From NCBI GenBank assembly GCA_900617105.1, contig UYFQ01000839.1:62001-126000 (forward strand): a stretch of 64,000 bases of DNA, given 5' to 3'. This document shows positions 46,828 through 60,805 of the stretch, in pieces. Made by a program: the position numbers and the translations under genes. The notes under the pieces are model-generated. The model saw nothing but the letters and a program-made list of their open reading frames with translations. It was not told the DNA's origin and made no database searches. Position 1 is the stretch's first letter. Each line of letters begins with the position of its first letter. Origin of the DNA: Hydrurus foetidus. Lineage: Eukaryota.

Positions 46828-46840
46828 TCTAGGTAAAAAC

Positions 46841-46879
46841 TGGCGGTGGTTCGCTGCAACGAGCCACCGCCATTTGTTT
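46841..46879 (+). terminator. Hairpin/terminator after the TBDR
   Basis: TGGCGGTGGTTCG / CGAGCCACCGCCA stem followed by TTTGTTT. Confidence 0.6.
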
Positions 46880-46909
46880 GTCTGAACTATCACGCGTAGC
46901 GGGGCGACC

Positions 46910-48205
46910 ATGAGCGACAACCAGATCGAGCAATCGGCGACGGGGTCGCGCTACCGCTATGTCGTGCTGGCGATGCTGATCCTCGCCTACACCTTCAATT
47001 TCCTGGATCGGCAGATCCTCGGCATCCTGGCCGGGTCGATCAAGGCCGACCTGCACCTTACCGACACCCAGATCGGCCTGATGGGCGGGGTCGCGTTCGC
47101 CGCGCTCTACACCACGCTGGGCGTGCCGCTGGCCTGGCTGGCCGACCGGGTCAGCCGGACCTGGATCATGACCGCCGCCCTGACCGTCTGGAGCGGTTTC
47201 ACGGTGGCCTGCGGTTTCGCCGGCGGCTTCTGGAGCCTGTTCCTGTCGCGCATGGGCGTCGGCGTAGGCGAGGCCGGCGGCGTGGCCCCGGCCTATTCGC
47301 TGATCAGCGACTACTTCCCCAAGGACCAGAGGGCCCGGGCCCTGGCGGTCTATTCGTTCGGCATTCCGCTGGGCACGGCCCTGGGCGTGCTGTTCGGCGG
47401 CCTGATCGCCGCCTACGTCAACTGGCGCGTCGCCTTTATCATCGTGGGCCTGGCCGGCGTACTGCTGGCCCCGATCTTCAAGTGGGTGGTCAAGGATCCG
47501 CCGCGCGGCGGCATGGACCGCGAGCCCGGCGAGCTGGCCCCGCTGGTCGCCCCCAAGGCCCCGGCTTTCGGCAAGGTGCTGGCCACCATCCTGCCCAAGC
47601 CCAGTTTCTGGCTGCTGTCGTTCGGGGCGGCCTGCTCGTCGATCTGCGGCTATGGCGTCGCCTTCTGGCTGCCGACCTTCTTCCAGCGCAGCTTCGGCCT
47701 GACCCTGCCCGAGCGGGCGATGTTCTACAGCGCCCTGTCCCTGATCGGCGGCGTGGCCGGCATCTGGCTGGGCGGCGTTCTGGCCGACCGGTTCGGGTCG
47801 AAGAACAAGGCCGCCTACGCCCTGGCCCCGGCCATCTGCTTCCTGGTGGCCCTGCCGTGCTTCCTGCTGGCCATGAACGTCAATTCGATGGTCTGGGCCT
47901 TCCTGCTGTTCCTGATCCCCACGGGTCTGAACCTGGCCTGGCTGGGACCTGTGGTCGCGGCGGTGCAGCACCTGGCCCCGGCCTCGATGCGGACCACGAC
48001 TTCGGCCCTGTTCCTGCTGATCAACAACCTGCTGGGCCTGGCCGTGGGCCTGTGGTTCTTCGGCTATGTCTCCGACCTGCTGGCCCCGCGCTACGGCGCC
48101 GAGTCGATGCGGCATGCGCTGTATTACGGCCTGGGCTTCTATGTGGTCAGCGCGGGCCTGCTGTTCCTGGCCTCGCGGCGGCTGGCGCGCGACTGGGTCG
48201 AGTAG
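46910..48205 (+). CDS. MFS transporter (spinster-like)
   Basis: FNFLDRQ, LADRVSR, RMGVGVGEAG, SLISDYFP. Confidence 0.9.
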   Translation: MSDNQIEQSATGSRYRYVVLAMLILAYTFNFLDRQILGILAGSIKADLHLTDTQIGLMGGVAFAALYTTLGVPLAWLADRVSRTWIMTAALTVWSGFTVACGFAGGFWSLFLSRMGVGVGEAGGVAPAYSLISDYFPKDQRARALAVYSFGIPLGTALGVLFGGLIAAYVNWRVAFIIVGLAGVLLAPIFKWVVKDPPRGGMDREPGELAPLVAPKAPAFGKVLATILPKPSFWLLSFGAACSSICGYGVAFWLPTFFQRSFGLTLPERAMFYSALSLIGGVAGIWLGGVLADRFGSKNKAAYALAPAICFLVALPCFLLAMNVNSMVWAFLLFLIPTGLNLAWLGPVVAAVQHLAPASMRTTTSALFLLINNLLGLAVGLWFFGYVSDLLAPRYGAESMRHALYYGLGFYVVSAGLLFLASRRLARDWVE

Positions 48206-48279
48206 GGCCGCGCCCGAAGCTTCACCTTGGTTCTGTCACGCGACCTGCCTATAGGTGCGCGGGGAAATCGGGGGACGAC

Positions 48280-48975
48280 ATGTCAGGGTTCAAGATTCTT
48301 TCCGGCGCCATGCTCGCCGTCGCGCTGCTCGCGGTCTCGGCTCCAGCCCAGGCCCAGGCCGCCGGCCCGCTGACCGAGCGCACGGAAAAGCTCAAGTTCG
48401 AGTTCAAGAAGGGCAAGAGCTTTCTGCAACCCGGCTATGCCATGGGCGAGTACAGCGGCATCACCCGCCAGTCGGCCAGCACCACCTCGGCCCTGGGGCT
48501 GTATGGCAGCGCCAAGTCCAAGGCCGAGATCAGCCTGAACTCGCCCAGCCTGGGCGCCGTCACGATCAAGTGCAAGGGCGGCGAAAGCCGCACGGCCCTG
48601 GGCTGGATCACGTTCGATCGCGACAAGCTGGCCTATGTCTGCACGTTCGAGGGCGCCGGCCCCGAGGCGGCGTTCACCCTGGTGCAGTCCAAGGGCGGCC
48701 TGATGGCCCGCCTGCAGACGCCGCAGCGCGCCGCTGAATTGCGGCTTGGCGCAGTCACCCTGCGGGCCGAGTCCAAGCAGGTCGGCGCGATGCCCTTCGG
48801 ACTGACCGCCGGCGCCGTGGGCTACGTGATCCGCAACGGCGACCAGGACGTCGCCGCCGTCGATCTGAGCGGCCTGGGCAAGATCGCCTACCTGCCGTCC
48901 AAGGGCACCCCGGAGCGTGACGCCGCGGCCGTCATGGCCGTGATCCTGATCCTGTTCATGGACAACCCGGTCTAG
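48280..48975 (+). CDS. Hypothetical secreted protein
   Basis: Signal peptide ending AQA; beta-rich body with two Cys. Confidence 0.7.
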   Translation: MSGFKILSGAMLAVALLAVSAPAQAQAAGPLTERTEKLKFEFKKGKSFLQPGYAMGEYSGITRQSASTTSALGLYGSAKSKAEISLNSPSLGAVTIKCKGGESRTALGWITFDRDKLAYVCTFEGAGPEAAFTLVQSKGGLMARLQTPQRAAELRLGAVTLRAESKQVGAMPFGLTAGAVGYVIRNGDQDVAAVDLSGLGKIAYLPSKGTPERDAAAVMAVILILFMDNPV

Positions 48976-49200
48976 TCGCTCGACTGGATTGAGGCTCGCG
49001 GCAAGCGCGGGACCGGTAACAGTGTCGTAAGGTCAGGAGCTTCCTTGCCCTGGGCGCTCACGAGGGCGGCGCCGCTGTCCTTTCGGACATAAGAAGCGCG
49101 CAAGGGGCCACCTTATCGGCCAAGCGCGGTTGCGCCTGCGAAATCACGCTCCTATAACCCGGCCACATTTCAGAAAAGCCGTCGTCGAGACCAGGCACTC

Positions 49201-50004
49201 ATGAACATCCACGAACACCAAGCCAAAGCCGTACTCGCTGAGTTCGGCGCCCCCGTTCCGCGCGGCTTTGCCGTCTTCACAGCGGACGAGGCCTTCGCCG
49301 CCGCCGAGAAGCTGGGAACGCCGGTTTTCGTCGTAAAGAGCCAGATCCACGCCGGTGGCCGTGGCAAGGGCACGTTCGAGGGCCTCGGCCCCGACGCCAA
49401 GGGCGGCGTTCGCGTCGTCAAGTCGGCGGCTGACGTCAAGACCAACGCCGCCGAAATGCTCGGCCGCGTGCTGGTGACGCACCAGACCGGCCCCAAGGGC
49501 AAGCAGGTCAATCGCCTCTACATCGAAGAAGGCGCGGCGATCGCCAAGGAATTCTACCTGTCGCTGCTGGTCGATCGCGAGACCTCGATGGTCTCCGTCG
49601 TGGCCTCGACTGAAGGTGGCATGGACATCGAGGACGTGGCCCACGCCACGCCCGAGAAGATCCACAGCTTCTCGATCGACCCCGCCACCGGCGTGTGGCC
49701 GACCCACCAGCGTGCGCTGGCCAAGGCCCTGGGCCTGACCGGCGGCCTGGCCAAGGAAGCCGCCGTGCTGCTGACGCAGCTCTATACGGCGTTCCTGGCC
49801 AAGGACATGGCCATGCTGGAGATCAACCCGCTGATCGTCACCGCCGACGATCACCTGAAGGTCCTGGACGCCAAGCTGTCGTTCGACGGCAACGCCCTCT
49901 ATCGCCACCCGGACATCAAGGCGCTGCGCGACGAGAGCGAAGAAGACCCCAAGGAAATCGAAGCCTCGAAGTACGACCTGGCCTATATCGCCCTCGACGG
50001 CGAA

Positions 50005-50036
<32 letters not shown>

Positions 50037-50399
50037 CATGGCCACCATGGACATCATCAAGCTGTACGGCGCCGAGCCGGCCAACTTCCTCGATGTCGGC
50101 GGCGGCGCCAACAAGGAGAAGGTCACCGCGGCCTTCAAGATCATCACCGCTGACCCCGCCGTGAAGGGCATCCTGGTCAACATCTTCGGCGGCATCATGC
50201 GCTGCGACATCATCGCGGAAGGCGTCATCGCCGCCGTGAAGGAAGTCGGCCTGCAGGTTCCGCTGGTGGTGCGCCTGGAAGGCACCAACGTCGAACTCGG
50301 CAAGAAAATCATCTCGGAAAGCGGCCTGAACGTCATCGCCGCCAACGACCTGTCTGACGGCGCCGAAAGATCGTCGCAGCCGTGAAGGGTGCTCGCTAA
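49201..50399 (+). CDS. sucC: Succinyl-CoA synthetase beta subunit, 3' frameshift
   Basis: [40 protein letters not shown]. Confidence 0.97.
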
Positions 50400-51284
50400 A
50401 TGTCGATCCTCATCGGTTCTGAAACCAAGGTCATCTGCCAGGGCATCACCGGCGCCCAGGGCACGTTCCACTCCGAACAGGCCATCGCCTACGGCACCAA
50501 GATGGTCGGCGGCGTCACCCCCGGCAAGGGCGGTCAAACCCACATCGGCCTGCCCGTGTACGACACGGTCGGCGAAGCCAAGGAAGCCACCGGCGCCGAC
50601 GCCTCGGTGATCTACGTGCCGCCTCCCTTCGCGGCCGACTCGATCCTGGAAGCCATCGACGCCGAAATCGGCCTGATCATCTGCATCACCGAAGGCATTC
50701 CGGTGCTGGACATGGTCAAGGTGAAGAAGGCTCTGCAGGGCTCGCGCTCGCGCCTGATCGGCCCCAACTGCCCCGGCGTCCTGACGCCCAACCAGTGCAA
50801 GATCGGCATCATGCCGGGCGGCATCTTCTCGGCCGGTTCGGTCGGCGTCGTGTCGCGTTCGGGCACCCTGACCTATGAAGCCGTGTTCCAGACGACCAAC
50901 GCTGGCCTCGGCCAGACCACGGCGGTCGGCATCGGCGGCGACCCGGTCAAGGGCACCGAGTTCATCGACATCCTGGAACTCTTCCTGGCCGACGAAGCCA
51001 CCAAGTCGATCGTCATGATCGGCGAAATCGGCGGCTCGGCCGAAGAAGAAGCCGCCCAGTTCATCGCTGACGAAGCCAAGCGCGGCCGCAGCAAGCCCAT
51101 GGTCGGCTTCATCGCCGGCCGCACGGCCCCTCCCGGCCGTCACATGGGCCACGCCGGCGCGATCATTTCGGGCGGCAAGGGCGGCGCGGAAGACAAGATC
51201 GCGGCGATGGAAGCTGCGGGCATCCGCGTCTCGCCGTCGCCGGCCAAGCTGGGCGAAACCCTGCTTGAGGTCCTCAAGGGCTAA
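50400..51284 (+). CDS. sucD: Succinyl-CoA synthetase alpha subunit
   Basis: [21 protein letters not shown]. Confidence 0.97.
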   Translation: MSILIGSETKVICQGITGAQGTFHSEQAIAYGTKMVGGVTPGKGGQTHIGLPVYDTVGEAKEATGADASVIYVPPPFAADSILEAIDAEIGLIICITEGIPVLDMVKVKKALQGSRSRLIGPNCPGVLTPNQCKIGIMPGGIFSAGSVGVVSRSGTLTYEAVFQTTNAGLGQTTAVGIGGDPVKGTEFIDILELFLADEATKSIVMIGEIGGSAEEEAAQFIADEAKRGRSKPMVGFIAGRTAPPGRHMGHAGAIISGGKGGAEDKIAAMEAAGIRVSPSPAKLGETLLEVLKG

Positions 51285-51456
51285 AGACACACCGAAACCC
51301 CGCCTCGCGGGGCCCAGGTTTTTTGCGACCGCCAGTCGACGATCCGAAAAAATCACCTGGGCCCCTGCCGATGGCGGGCGCCCGGGTGATTGAGACACTA
51401 TATTTACGGGCCTGGGTTACCGGTCCTGTAGACCGACGGATCTAAGGCGAAGAACC

Positions 51457-54419
51457 ATGGCGGACGACGCAGGCATCATCAATCAGGTCTTGACCGAGAC
51501 CAGCTTCCTCTACGGCGCCAATGCGGCGTTCGTTGAAGACCTGTACGCCCAGTGGGCCAGCGACCCCAATTCGGTCGAACCCTCGTGGAAAGCCTTCTTC
51601 TCGACGCTTCAGGAACAGGCCGACCAGGTCAAGCGCGCCGCGCAGGACCCGGCCTGGACCCCGCGCCCGGTTCCGACCGCTCGCCCCGACTGGCTTTCAG
51701 CGCTTGATGGCCAGTGGCCCTCGGTGGCGCCGGCCGTCGAGGCCAAGATGGCCAAGGCCATCGAAGGCAAGGCTCCGGGCAGCTCGTCCGAAGCGGTTCG
51801 CGCCGCCACGCTGGACAGCCTGCGCGCCATCATGATGATCCGGGCCTACCGGATGCGCGGTCACCTGGCCGCCAATCTCGACCCGCTGGGCCTGGAGCCC
51901 AAGCCGCCGGCCCCCGAACTTGATCCCGCCACCTATGGCTTCTCGGAAGCCGACTATGATCGCTCGATCTTCCTGGACTTCGTGCTGGGCATGGAGACCT
52001 CGACGATCCGCGAGATCCTGTCGATCCTGCGCCGCACCTATGGCGGCAGCGTCGGCGTGCAGTACATGCACATCTCCGATCCGCACGAAAAGGCCTGGCT
52101 GCAGGAGCGGATCGAGGGGCGCGACAAAGGAAATCGTGTTCTCGAAAGAGGGCAAGGTCGCCATCCTCAAGAAGCTGATCGAGACCGAGGGTTTCGAGCG
52201 CTTCCTGCACAAGCGCTTCCCCGGCACCAAGCGGTTCGGCATCGACGGCGGCGAAGCCATGGTTCCGGCCATGGAGCAGATCATCAAGCGCGGCGGTTCG
52301 CTGGGCGTGAAGGACATCGTCCTGGGCATGCCGCACCGCGGCCGCCTCAACGTCCTGGCCGCCGTGATGGGCAAGCCCTACCACGTGATTTTCCACGAGT
52401 TCCAGGGCGGCACCAGCCTGCCTTCGGACGTCGAGGGGTCGGGCGACGTCAAGTATCACATGGGCGCCTCGTCGGACCGTGAGTTCGACGACAACAAGGT
52501 CCACCTGTCGCTGACGGCCAACCCGTCGCACCTGGAAATCGTCAACCCCGTCGTGATCGGCAAGGCCCGCGCCAAGCAGGCTTTCCTGCTGCGCGAGACT
52601 CCCGACGCCGGCCGCGGCCATGTGCTGCCGCTGCTGCTGCACGGCGACGCCGCTTTCGCCGGCCAGGGCGTGGTGGCCGAGTGCTTCACCCTGTCGGGCC
52701 TGAAGGGCTACCGCACGGGCGGCACCATCCACTTCATCGTCAACAACCAGATCGGCTTCACCACCAGCCCGCGCTATTCGCGCAGCTCGCCCTATCCGTC
52801 GGATGTGGCGCTGATGGTCGAAGCCCCGATCTTCCACGTCAACGGCGACGATCCCGAAGCCGTGGTCTATGCGGCCAAGGTCGCCACCGAATATCGCCAG
52901 ATGTTCGGCAAGGACGTCGTGGTCGACATGTTCTGCTATCGCCGGTTCGGTCACAACGAGGGCGACGACCCGACGATGACCTCGCCGTTGATGTACGCCA
53001 AGATCAAGGGTCACCCTCGACCCGTGAGCTGTATGGCAATCGCCTGATCGCCGAGGGCGTCATCAACCAGGGCGAAGTCGACACCTGGGTGACCGAGTTC
53101 GAGACCTTCCTCGACAAGGAATTCGACGCCGGCAAGACCTACAAGGCCAACAAGGCCGACTGGCTGGACGGCAAGTGGCCGGCCTGGCCACGCCCGCCGA
53201 CGAAGAGCGTCGCGGCTCGACCGCCTTCCCGGCCACGCGCCTGCTGGAAATCGGCCGCCAGATCACGACCATCCCAGACCGCATCGACGCCCACAAGACC
53301 GTCAAGCGCGTCATCGAGAACCGTCGCGAAGCCATCGAAAAGGGCGAGGGCCTGGATTGGGGCACCGCCGAGCATCTGGCCTTCGCCACCCTGCTCGACG
53401 AAGGCTTCCCGGTGCGCCTGTCTGGCCAGGACAGTGTGCGCGGCACCTTCACCCAGCGCCATTCCGACGTCATCGACCAGACGACCGAGGAGCACTACAC
53501 GCCGCTCAACAACATCGGTCCCAACCAGGCCCACTACGAGGTCATCGACTCGGCCCTGTCGGAAGAGGCGGTGCTGGGCTTCGAGTACGGCTTCTCGCTG
53601 GCCGATCCGAACACCCTGACTCTTTGGGAAGGCCAGTTCGGCGACTTCGTGAACGGCGCCCAGGTGGTAATCGACCAATTCATCAGCTCGGGCGAGCGCA
53701 AGTGGCTGCGGATGAGCGGTCTCGTCATGCTGCTGCCGCACGGCTATGAGGGCCAAGGCCCCGAGCACAGCTCGGCCCGCCTTGAGCGCTTCCTGCAGTC
53801 GTGCGCCGAAGACAACATGCAGGTGCTCAACTGCACCACCCCGGCCAACTATTTCCACGCCCTGCGTCGCCAGATGCATCGCGAGTTCCGCAAGCCGCTG
53901 GTGGTCATGACCCCCAAGAGCCTGCTGCGCCACAAGCGCGCCGTCTCCAACATGGCCGACCTGGCGGAAGGTTCGTCCTTCCACCGCGTGATGATCGACG
54001 GGGCCGAGGCCGGCTGCGACGTCGGCGGCGTGACCCTGGCCGGCGACGATCAGATCAAGCGTGTCGTGCTCTGCTCGGGCAAGGTCTATTTCGACCTGGT
54101 CGACGCCCGCGCCAAGAGCGGCCGCAACGACGTCTATCTGCTGCGTCTGGAACAGTTCTATCCGTGGCCGATGAAGTCGCTGCTGGGCGTGCTGGGCCGC
54201 TTCAAGAACGCCGAACTGGTCTGGGTTCAGGAAGAGCCCAAGAACATGGGCGGCTGGACGTTCGTTGATCCGTGGATCGAACTGACGCTCGCCAAGCTGG
54301 ACATCAAGGCCAAGCGCGCGCGCTATATCGGTCGTCCGGCCAGCGCTTCGACGGCGGCGGGTCTGATGAGCCGCCATCTGAAGGAACTGCAGGCCTTCCT
54401 CGACGAGACCTTCGCCTAG
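51457..54419 (+). CDS. sucA: 2-oxoglutarate dehydrogenase E1, frameshifted
   Basis: [38 protein letters not shown]. Confidence 0.97.
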
Positions 54420-54511
54420 CTTTATCGATAAGGCCCCGCCCTTGGCGGCGGGGCCGTTTCCACCTGCCCCGCTACACTAGACCGGCACAAACGAGAGACA
54501 TCGGAACCCCC

Positions 54512-55120
54512 ATGGCCGACATCATGACCCCCGCCCTCGGCGAATCCGTCACCGAAGCGACGGTCGCGCGCTGGACCAAGAAGGTCGGCGAGGCGGTCAA
54601 GAAGGACGAGATCCTCATCGAGCTCGAGACCGACAAGGTCAGCCTGGAAGTCGCCTCGCCCTCCGACGGCGTGCTGACCGCGATCGGCGCCGAAGAGGGC
54701 GCGACCGTTGTTCCGGGTACGGTCCTGGGCATCGTGACCGAAGGCGCGACCGCCTCGGCCGCCCCGGCGGCGGCAGCCCCCGCCCCGAAGGCCGCCGCCC
54801 CGGCTCCCGCGCCGGCTCCGGTCGCCGCCGCAGCGCCGGCCCCGGCCGCTGCTGCGCCGGTCAGCCCGGCCCCGGCCCGCATCGCCGCCGAGAACAATCT
54901 GGACCTGTCGACCGTCGCCGGCACCGGCAAGGACGGCCGCGTCACCAAGGGCGACGCCCTGGCCGCCCTGGAAGCCCGCGCTTCGGCCCCGGCTGCGGTC
55001 TCTGCACCGTCGGCGCCGCGTCCGCTCCATGAGCGCGAAGAGCGCGTGAAGATGACGCGCCTGCGTCAGACGATCGCACGCCGCCTGAAGGAAGCCCAGA
55101 ACAACGCCGCCATGCTGACG

Positions 55121-55155
<35 letters not shown>

Positions 55156-55729
55156 CCTGCGTGGTCAGTACAAGGACATCTTCGAAAAGAAGCACGGCGT
55201 GAAGCTGGGCTTCATGTCGTTCTTCACCAAGGCCGTCGTCGCCGCCCTGAAGGCCGTGCCGGACGTCAATGCCGAGATCGACGGCACCGACATCGTCTAC
55301 AAGAACCACTACGACATCGGCGTCGCCGTCGGCACCGAAAAGGGTCTGGTGGTTCCGGTCGTCCGTGACGCCGACGCCATGAACCTGGCCGATATCGAAA
55401 AGGCCATCGGCGCGCTCGGCAAGAAGGCCCGCGACGGCCAGCTGTCGATCGACGACATGCAGGGCGGCACCTTCACGATCACCAACGGCGGCATCTATGG
55501 CTCGCTGATGTCGACCCCGATCCTCAACGCGCCGCAGTCGGGCATCCTGGGCATGCACGCGATCAAGGACCGCGCCATGGTCGTCAACGGCAAGATCGAG
55601 ATCCGCCCGATGATGTATCTGGCCCTCAGCTACGACCACCGCGTGGTCGACGGCCAGGGCGCCGTGACCTTCCTGGTCAAGGTCAAGGAAGCCCTGGAAG
55701 ATCCGCAGCGCCTGCTGCTTGAGCTGTAG
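54512..55729 (+). CDS. sucB: 2-oxoglutarate dehydrogenase E2
   Basis: ETDKV lipoyl motif, [19 protein letters not shown]. Confidence 0.97.
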
Positions 55730-55752
55730 TCACGACGCACTGTCGAACGTTG

Positions 55753-55779
55753 AAGGGGTCGCGCAAGCGGCCCCTTTTT
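55753..55779 (+). terminator. Intrinsic terminator after sucB
   Basis: AAGGGGTCGC-GCAA-GCGGCCCCTT followed by a T-run. Confidence 0.75.
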
Positions 55780-55812
55780 CGTGTCTGGGCAAGTTGAGCC
55801 TACGGCGATTTT

Positions 55813-55836
55813 GATGTATCTACATCTTGTAGCTAC
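55813..55836. promoter_or_regulatory. Putative TA operator palindromes
   Basis: GATGTA-TC-TACATC and GTAGCTAC just upstream of vapB. Confidence 0.55.
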
Positions 55837-55847
55837 GGAATGTCGCC

Positions 55848-56120
55848 ATGGCCAAGATTGACGTCGAGCCCGCCCGCGCCAAGCTGTTCACCCACGGCGG
55901 CAGCCAGGCTGTGCGCCTGCCCAAGGCTTTTCGGTTCGAGGGCGCGGAGGTGACTGTGCGACGTGAAGGTGATGCGGTGATCCTGGAGCCGGTGGCCGCC
56001 AAGCCTCCTCGAACACGAGCCGAGCTTGAAGCGATGTTCGCACGCATCGACGCACTGGGCGGCGCCGATTTCCCTGATCGCGACCAACCGCCAATGCAAG
56101 AGCGCGACTTCGACTGGTGA
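55848..56120 (+). CDS. vapB: VapB antitoxin (AbrB/MazE fold)
   Basis: [37 protein letters not shown]. Confidence 0.9.
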   Translation: MAKIDVEPARAKLFTHGGSQAVRLPKAFRFEGAEVTVRREGDAVILEPVAAKPPRTRAELEAMFARIDALGGADFPDRDQPPMQERDFDW

Positions 56121-56525
56121 CCTTGGCGCTCGATACAAATGTCTTCGTCGATCTGACGCAAGCGGAAGACGGCCAGGATCCAGGAGCGCTTTATCGAAGC
56201 CGCGCTGGCTCTCGAGCCGCTGGTGACATCTGTGATTGTTCATCACGAACTGCAGTTTGGCGTATTCGCAAGCCGCGATCCCATGATCGCCGCTCAAAAC
56301 CTCGCCGATCTGATGCAGAATATCGTCATTGAACCGCTTTCCGAAGAGGACGTGACCGTAGCCGCCCGCGTGCGAGCAACGCTCAAGCGGCTAGGAACGC
56401 CTATCGGACCCTATGACGCTCTGATCGCCGGCCAAGCCTTGGCGCGGGGCTGGACCTTGGTGACCTCGAACGTTCGCGAGTTCGAACGTGTTGAAGGCCT
56501 GAATGTCGAGGACTGGGCCGCCTGA
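56117..56525 (+). CDS. vapC: VapC PIN toxin, one frameshift
   Basis: [37 protein letters not shown]. Confidence 0.9.
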
Positions 56526-56527
56526 CT

Positions 56528-57358
56528 TCAGTCCGGCCTCGGCCCCGGCCACACTGTCTTGAAAGCTTCCAGCGCCGCCGGGTGGTAGATCGTGCTGTGC
56601 TGCAATCTGGGCATCGGATCGTAGCGCCAGGTCAGTCCGGCCGGGGCGACCTTCAGCGCCACCACCACCCTGTCGACGCCCGCCTGCATGGTTGAGCCTT
56701 CGTCGGCGATGGTCAGGTAGAGCCGCCGCTCGCCCGCCGGCCAGCGGGCCAGATCGGCGGCCGCGCCGCGTGCCAGGCTCTGGTCGTCCCACCACAGGCT
56801 GGGGCTGGCGGCGATATAGGCGTCGAACAGGGCCGGCTGTTTCAGGAAGGTCTCGACCACGAACAGCCCCGCCAGCGACTCGCCGATCAGGGCGGTCTCG
56901 CCGCTGGTGCGATAGCGGGCCGCGATCCACGGCTTCAGCTCCTCGCCCAGGAACTGGCGATAGGCCGCCGAGCCGCCGCTGGTCGGGAAGTCGCGGCGCT
57001 CCTTGGCGACCGTGGTGGGGTGGGTCAGGTCGCGCCGGCGATCAACGCCCTCGATCCCGACAACGATCATCTCGCGCCAGGTCCACGACAGCTCGCCCAG
57101 CTGGGCCAGGCCCGCGATGTGGGGGAAGTCCTCCTGCTCGCCGCCGTCCAGCAGATACAGCACCGGATAGGTCTTTTCGGGACTGCTGGCATAGCCGGCC
57201 GGCAGGTGGACGTTGATCCGCCGCGTATCCTTCAGGACCTTCGAGTCCAGGGTCAGGGACTGGCCGATGACGATCGGATGGCCTTCGGCGGGCGCGGTCT
57301 GGGCCAGGGCCGGGGCAGCGGTCAGCAGGGTCAGGGCGAGGGCGAGGGGGCGAAGCAT
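56528..57358 (-). CDS. Secreted alpha/beta-hydrolase esterase (IroE/Fes-like)
   Basis: Signal peptide, [15 protein letters not shown] nucleophile, SPSLWW. Confidence 0.85.
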   Translation of the reverse strand: MLRPLALALTLLTAAPALAQTAPAEGHPIVIGQSLTLDSKVLKDTRRINVHLPAGYASSPEKTYPVLYLLDGGEQEDFPHIAGLAQLGELSWTWREMIVVGIEGVDRRRDLTHPTTVAKERRDFPTSGGSAAYRQFLGEELKPWIAARYRTSGETALIGESLAGLFVVETFLKQPALFDAYIAASPSLWWDDQSLARGAAADLARWPAGERRLYLTIADEGSTMQAGVDRVVVALKVAPAGLTWRYDPMPRLQHSTIYHPAALEAFKTVWPGPRPD

Positions 57359-57665
57359 GGGCGGCACGCTAGGGCGCGTTGCAGGGCGAGGAAAGGGGAT
57401 CGCCGCCCCCCTTCGAGCGCGCGACGCGCCTCCTCCGCAGACGGAGGACGTCCGCCTAACGGTCACGCTGGGGCAAGCAGTCAGGGTCATGACGCCCAAA
57501 GGCCGGATTTCGCGTCCCTTTCAGCTTGCGAAGCGTCGAAAGCGGGTTTCGTTTTAACCGTTCGCGCTCTAAGGAACTTCCGCCTCCAAAGGTCTGACAG
57601 TGCGGCCGGCGAGGCCCCATATTCTGTCCGGCGCCGCTCCCGGCGCGTCCTGAAGGCAAAGACCC

Positions 57666-59061
<1,396 letters not shown>

Positions 59062-59234
59062 TCGGCCTGTCTGAGATTTGATAACGACGTTCGATCAATC
59101 GGACGAGGAGTGGCGGGGTTTTGGCAACGGAACCCCGCCATGTTTCTGTCTGCCCGTCCGATAGCCTCCCAAAGAAAAGACCCCGCCGGTTGTCCGGCAG
59201 GGCCTGAAGGGTTTGGGTCTGGTGCTCCGCGCGC

Positions 59235-60805
59235 TCAGCTCGTCTTGCGGGCCTCGCGGGCCAGCTCGTCTGCCTCCCGCTCCATCTCGTCGGCCTGGCG
59301 GCATGCCCGCCGCCACAGCGCGCAGCTCGGCGTCGGTGACCACTCCCCGCGCGCGGTTCTCGGTGATCTGCCGGGCGCGATAGGCGGGATCGCGCAGGCG
59401 TACCGCCTCGGCGCGCAGATCCCGCGCGCCCTTGCGGATCTGTTCGGCGCCCTGGGCCATCTGGACGCGGGCCTCGATCATGTGCGTGGCCACCTCAAGG
59501 CGGGCGCGTTCGCCGACCATGCGGACCTGCTCCCTTATGATCCTGGCCTGATCGGCGCGGACACGGGCCTCCTCGCCGGCGACGCGGGCGCTATCGGCCA
59601 GGTGGCGGGCGTCTGCGGCCCGGCCCCGGAACTCGGCCGCAACGGCGCGGGCGTCTGCGGCCGCGCGACGCGACTCGGCGGCGATCTGCCTCTGTCGGCG
59701 GGGGCGGCGGAGGCGGCGGAGGCGGCAACCTGGGGAGGAGGCGGCGGCGGCGGTGGGGGCGGGGGCAGCTCCGGCGGCGGCGGCGGCTGCGGCGGCTCGG
59801 GCGGCACGGGCGGCGCAGGCGGGACCGGCGGCTCGGCCGGGGCGATTGTCGCAGTCGGCGCTTCAGCCGGCGCGGGCGGGTTCTGGCGGCTCAGGCCAAG
59901 CGCGGCAGCGGCGTGGCCACCACGGCCAGGGCGGCGATGGTCAGGGCGATGGTCAGCGGGCGGTGGCGAGCGGCGTGTCGGTCATGATGCAGGCGATCCT
60001 TGTTCAGCGTGCGAGCGTCGGCGGCCATGGCGGTCGCGGCGCGGGGCGCGCTTGGTGAGGGTCGGTGGCGGCCAGTCGGACCAGCGCCCGGGCGCGTAGA
60101 GGGTGCGGTCGACGGTCTGGAGCGCGGCGGCGTCAGCCTCTCCGACCGGTCGGCGAGCACCGTGCAGGCCAGACCAGCGGATCCAGAACAGGCCAGCCAG
60201 GCGGGAGCACCAGGAAGATCCAGTCATGGCGTCGCAGATGGGCCATCTCGTGGGCCAGGATGGCGGGGCGGCGTGGCGCTCGGCGGCCAGGCTGCCCGGA
60301 TCGATCAGGATAAAGCCCGGCCACGCCCCAGCTGAGCGGGCTGGTCAGGCGGTCGCTGGACACCAGGCGGGGCCGGTCGACCGGCGGCAGGTCTTCCAGC
60401 GGCGCCGACCATGCGGGGCAGGTCACCGGGCGGCCCTGGCGCGTCCAGCGATGAAGGGTCAGCAGGCCCAGCTGCAGGGCCGGCCACGGCGACGACGCCC
60501 AGCAGCCACAGGCCGCCGATCACCTGGATGGAGGGCGGCCACGACAGCACGGGCGCGGCCGCCTCGCCGCTCAGGACGGGTGAGATCGGGTAGGACATGT
60601 CCGGCGACGCCGGCGGCAACAGCGCCAGGTCCATCGCCGGCAGGACGTTCATGATGACCGGTAGGGCCAGCAGCAGGCAGACTGTGGCGCGCAGGATGTC
60701 CACCCGATCGACGGGGCGCTGGGCCAGAAAGCGGGCGCAGGCCAGGCCGGCGCCGGCGACAAGGCTGGACTTGACCAGCAGCGACAGGAGCAGGCCAGCG
60801 GTCAT
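59235..60805 (-). CDS. BlaR1/MecR1-like M56 peptidase with Pro-rich linker, heavily frameshifted
   Basis: N-terminal TM segments, ILAHEMAHLRRHDW, PPxPP linker, Ala/Arg coiled-coil C-terminus. Confidence 0.75.

Noticed and set aside
55820..55832. BlaI-type box in the vapBC promoter
   Set aside because: Spacing is TACA-N3-TGTA and it arises from two adjacent TA-type palindromes
59690..59880. GGC-rich tandem-like repeats, and similar tracts at 54750-54870
   Set aside because: They encode Pro/Ala linkers; not CRISPR or VNTR
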